A stretch of DNA of 64,000 nucleotides from a bacterium. Lineage in GTDB: Bacteria; DUMJ01. Below are positions 62,788 through 64,000 of this stretch, in pieces (within the stretch, counting starts at the first letter, position 1; each line of letters begins with the position of its first letter). The position numbers and the translations under genes were made by a program. The notes beneath the pieces were generated by a model. It was not told the origin of the DNA and ran no database searches. It saw only the letters and a list, made by a program, of their open reading frames with translations. The stretch lies in the NCBI GenBank assembly GCA_049970495.1, contig JBMFMV010000003.1, positions 18,693-82,692 of the forward strand, read 5' to 3'.

Positions 62788-64000
62788 ATGAGGGTTAGGC
62801 TTTTGATTCTTTTTACTTTATTTTTGTTAAGTTTTCTTGTTTTTACTGTGAATTCTCAGGGTTTAAATCCTTCCAATATAACTTCTCTTCAGATTGATGC
62901 TCTAGAAGAACCAATAACAGATAATTATGTCCTTGGTCCTGGAGACAAATTACTCCTTTCTATAAAGGGCAAGGTGATAAATTTTTCTTATGAGCTAGTA
63001 ATAACAGCAGATGGGAATATTGTCGTTCCTGAAGTTGGTTCTGTGTATTGCTCTGGTGTCTCTATAAAATCTTTAAAGAAAAAATTAGAAGAATTAATTC
63101 CTAAATATTACAAAAATGTCCAGATTTCTCTATCTCTTTTAGCACCTAGGACATTTAAGGTTTTTGTGACAGGTGCAATAGTTTCTCCTGGAACAGTTAC
63201 AGTTAAAGCACTAACTAGACTTCAAGAAGTTATTAATCTGGCAGGAGGAATATTACCTAATGGTTCATACAGACATATCCAGATAACAAGGGTAAAGGAT
63301 AATAAAAAGAAAATTATAAATGTTGATCTGTATAAATTTTATAAAAAAGGAGATATTTCTCAAAATCCTTACCTCGAAGCAGGGGATGTAATATACGTAC
63401 CGGTAATGAGAGAGAGTGTAAAGGTACTAGGGGAGGTAAGGAATCCAGGGGAGTATGAAATAGTAAATGGGGACAAGCTAAAAGATGTAATAGAGATGGC
63501 AGGAGGCATAACACCTAAAGCAAGCCTAGTAGGGGCAACATTAGAGAGGATAAAAGAATCAAAGAAAGAGATACAAGATATAAACCTATACGAACTATTA
63601 ATAGCAAACAATGAAAAGGCAAACATAACAGTAAGCAAAGGGGACACAATAACAATACCAGTAAAAGTAGACAGGATATACGTACTAGGGCAGGTAAGGA
63701 ACCCAGGATCATTCACGATAGTAAGCCAGAAAGAACAATTACAGCCAAATGAAGTACAAGAAGGGGTAAAGGTATCAGAACTAATAGCGAAAGCAGGGGG
63801 TATACTACCCCAGGCAAGCACAAGGAAGATACAACTAATAAGGGATAACAAGATAATAAGAGAACTAGACCTATACAAGGTACTAGTAAAAGGGGAAAAA
63901 GAGGAAGAAGACATAAAGCTATTAGCAGGGGATGTAATATACGTACCGGTAATGAGAGAGAGTGTAAAGGTACTAGGGGAGGTAAGGAATCCAGGGGAGT
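62788..64000 (+). CDS. Polysaccharide export protein (Wza/KpsD-like) with repeated SLBB domains; runs off the window and is absent from the ORF track
   Basis: Manual translation: signal peptide MRVRLLILFTLFLL..., YVLGPGD, DGNIVVPEVG, repeated V.VLGEV.NPG / LAGG / GDVIYVP; no stop before 64000. Confidence 0.88.
   Translation, partial: MRVRLLILFTLFLLSFLVFTVNSQGLNPSNITSLQIDALEEPITDNYVLGPGDKLLLSIKGKVINFSYELVITADGNIVVPEVGSVYCSGVSIKSLKKKLEELIPKYYKNVQISLSLLAPRTFKVFVTGAIVSPGTVTVKALTRLQEVINLAGGILPNGSYRHIQITRVKDNKKKIINVDLYKFYKKGDISQNPYLEAGDVIYVPVMRESVKVLGEVRNPGEYEIVNGDKLKDVIEMAGGITPKASLVGATLERIKESKKEIQDINLYELLIANNEKANITVSKGDTITIPVKVDRIYVLGQVRNPGSFTIVSQKEQLQPNEVQEGVKVSELIAKAGGILPQASTRKIQLIRDNKIIRELDLYKVLVKGEKEEEDIKLLAGDVIYVPVMRESVKVLGEVRNPGE
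63378..64000 (+). repeat. Exact direct repeat of at least 77 bp with a 546-bp (182-codon) period inside the SLBB gene
   Basis: 63378-63454 is identical to 63924-64000 (AGCAGGGGATGTAATATACGTACCGG...CCAGGGGAGT). Confidence 0.92.

Noticed and set aside
63314..63914. Minus-strand ORFs 63369-63914, 63314-63514 and 63515-63712
   Set aside because: Low-complexity Ser/Leu/Phe-rich shadows of the purine-rich plus-strand SLBB gene
63378..64000. Diversity-generating retroelement template/variable repeat pair
   Set aside because: The two visible copies are identical with no adenine-specific mismatches, both are in frame in one gene, and no reverse transcriptase is in the window

Overview
AT-rich (roughly 35% GC by eye), gene-dense chromosome segment, probably from a thermophilic anaerobe (Dictyoglomota-like gene content; this is inference). 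It starts in the usually oriC-proximal jag-mnmE-mnmG-rsmG cluster. It carries fhs and a group 3 [NiFe]-hydrogenase operon (NuoG/HydA-like Fe-S subunit, small and large subunits, protease, hypABF) that lacks flavin subunits and sits next to a decayed IS481-like remnant. An accessory catabolic region follows: orphan ABC binding protein, zwf, PfpI, SIS protein, deacetylase-like protein, PHP hydrolase, a DapA-like plus LarA-like operon divergent from a RuBisCO-like protein plus GH38, and a lactate permease. Further on are the CIRCE-controlled hrcA-grpE-dnaK-dnaJ-prmA-rsmE-mtaB operon, a Ktr/Trk K+ system, panT-coaX preceded by a twin bulged-A hairpin matching the pan RNA motif, a speD-speE-...-pyrG-ahcY operon, pstCAB-phoU-tyrS, and a truncated SLBB polysaccharide-export gene with an exact internal repeat and an abrupt codon-usage switch. 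The best candidate for an undescribed system is the RLP/LarA/DapA-like/GH38/LctP cluster (about 24.8-33.7 kb). No tRNA, rRNA or CRISPR array was recognised.
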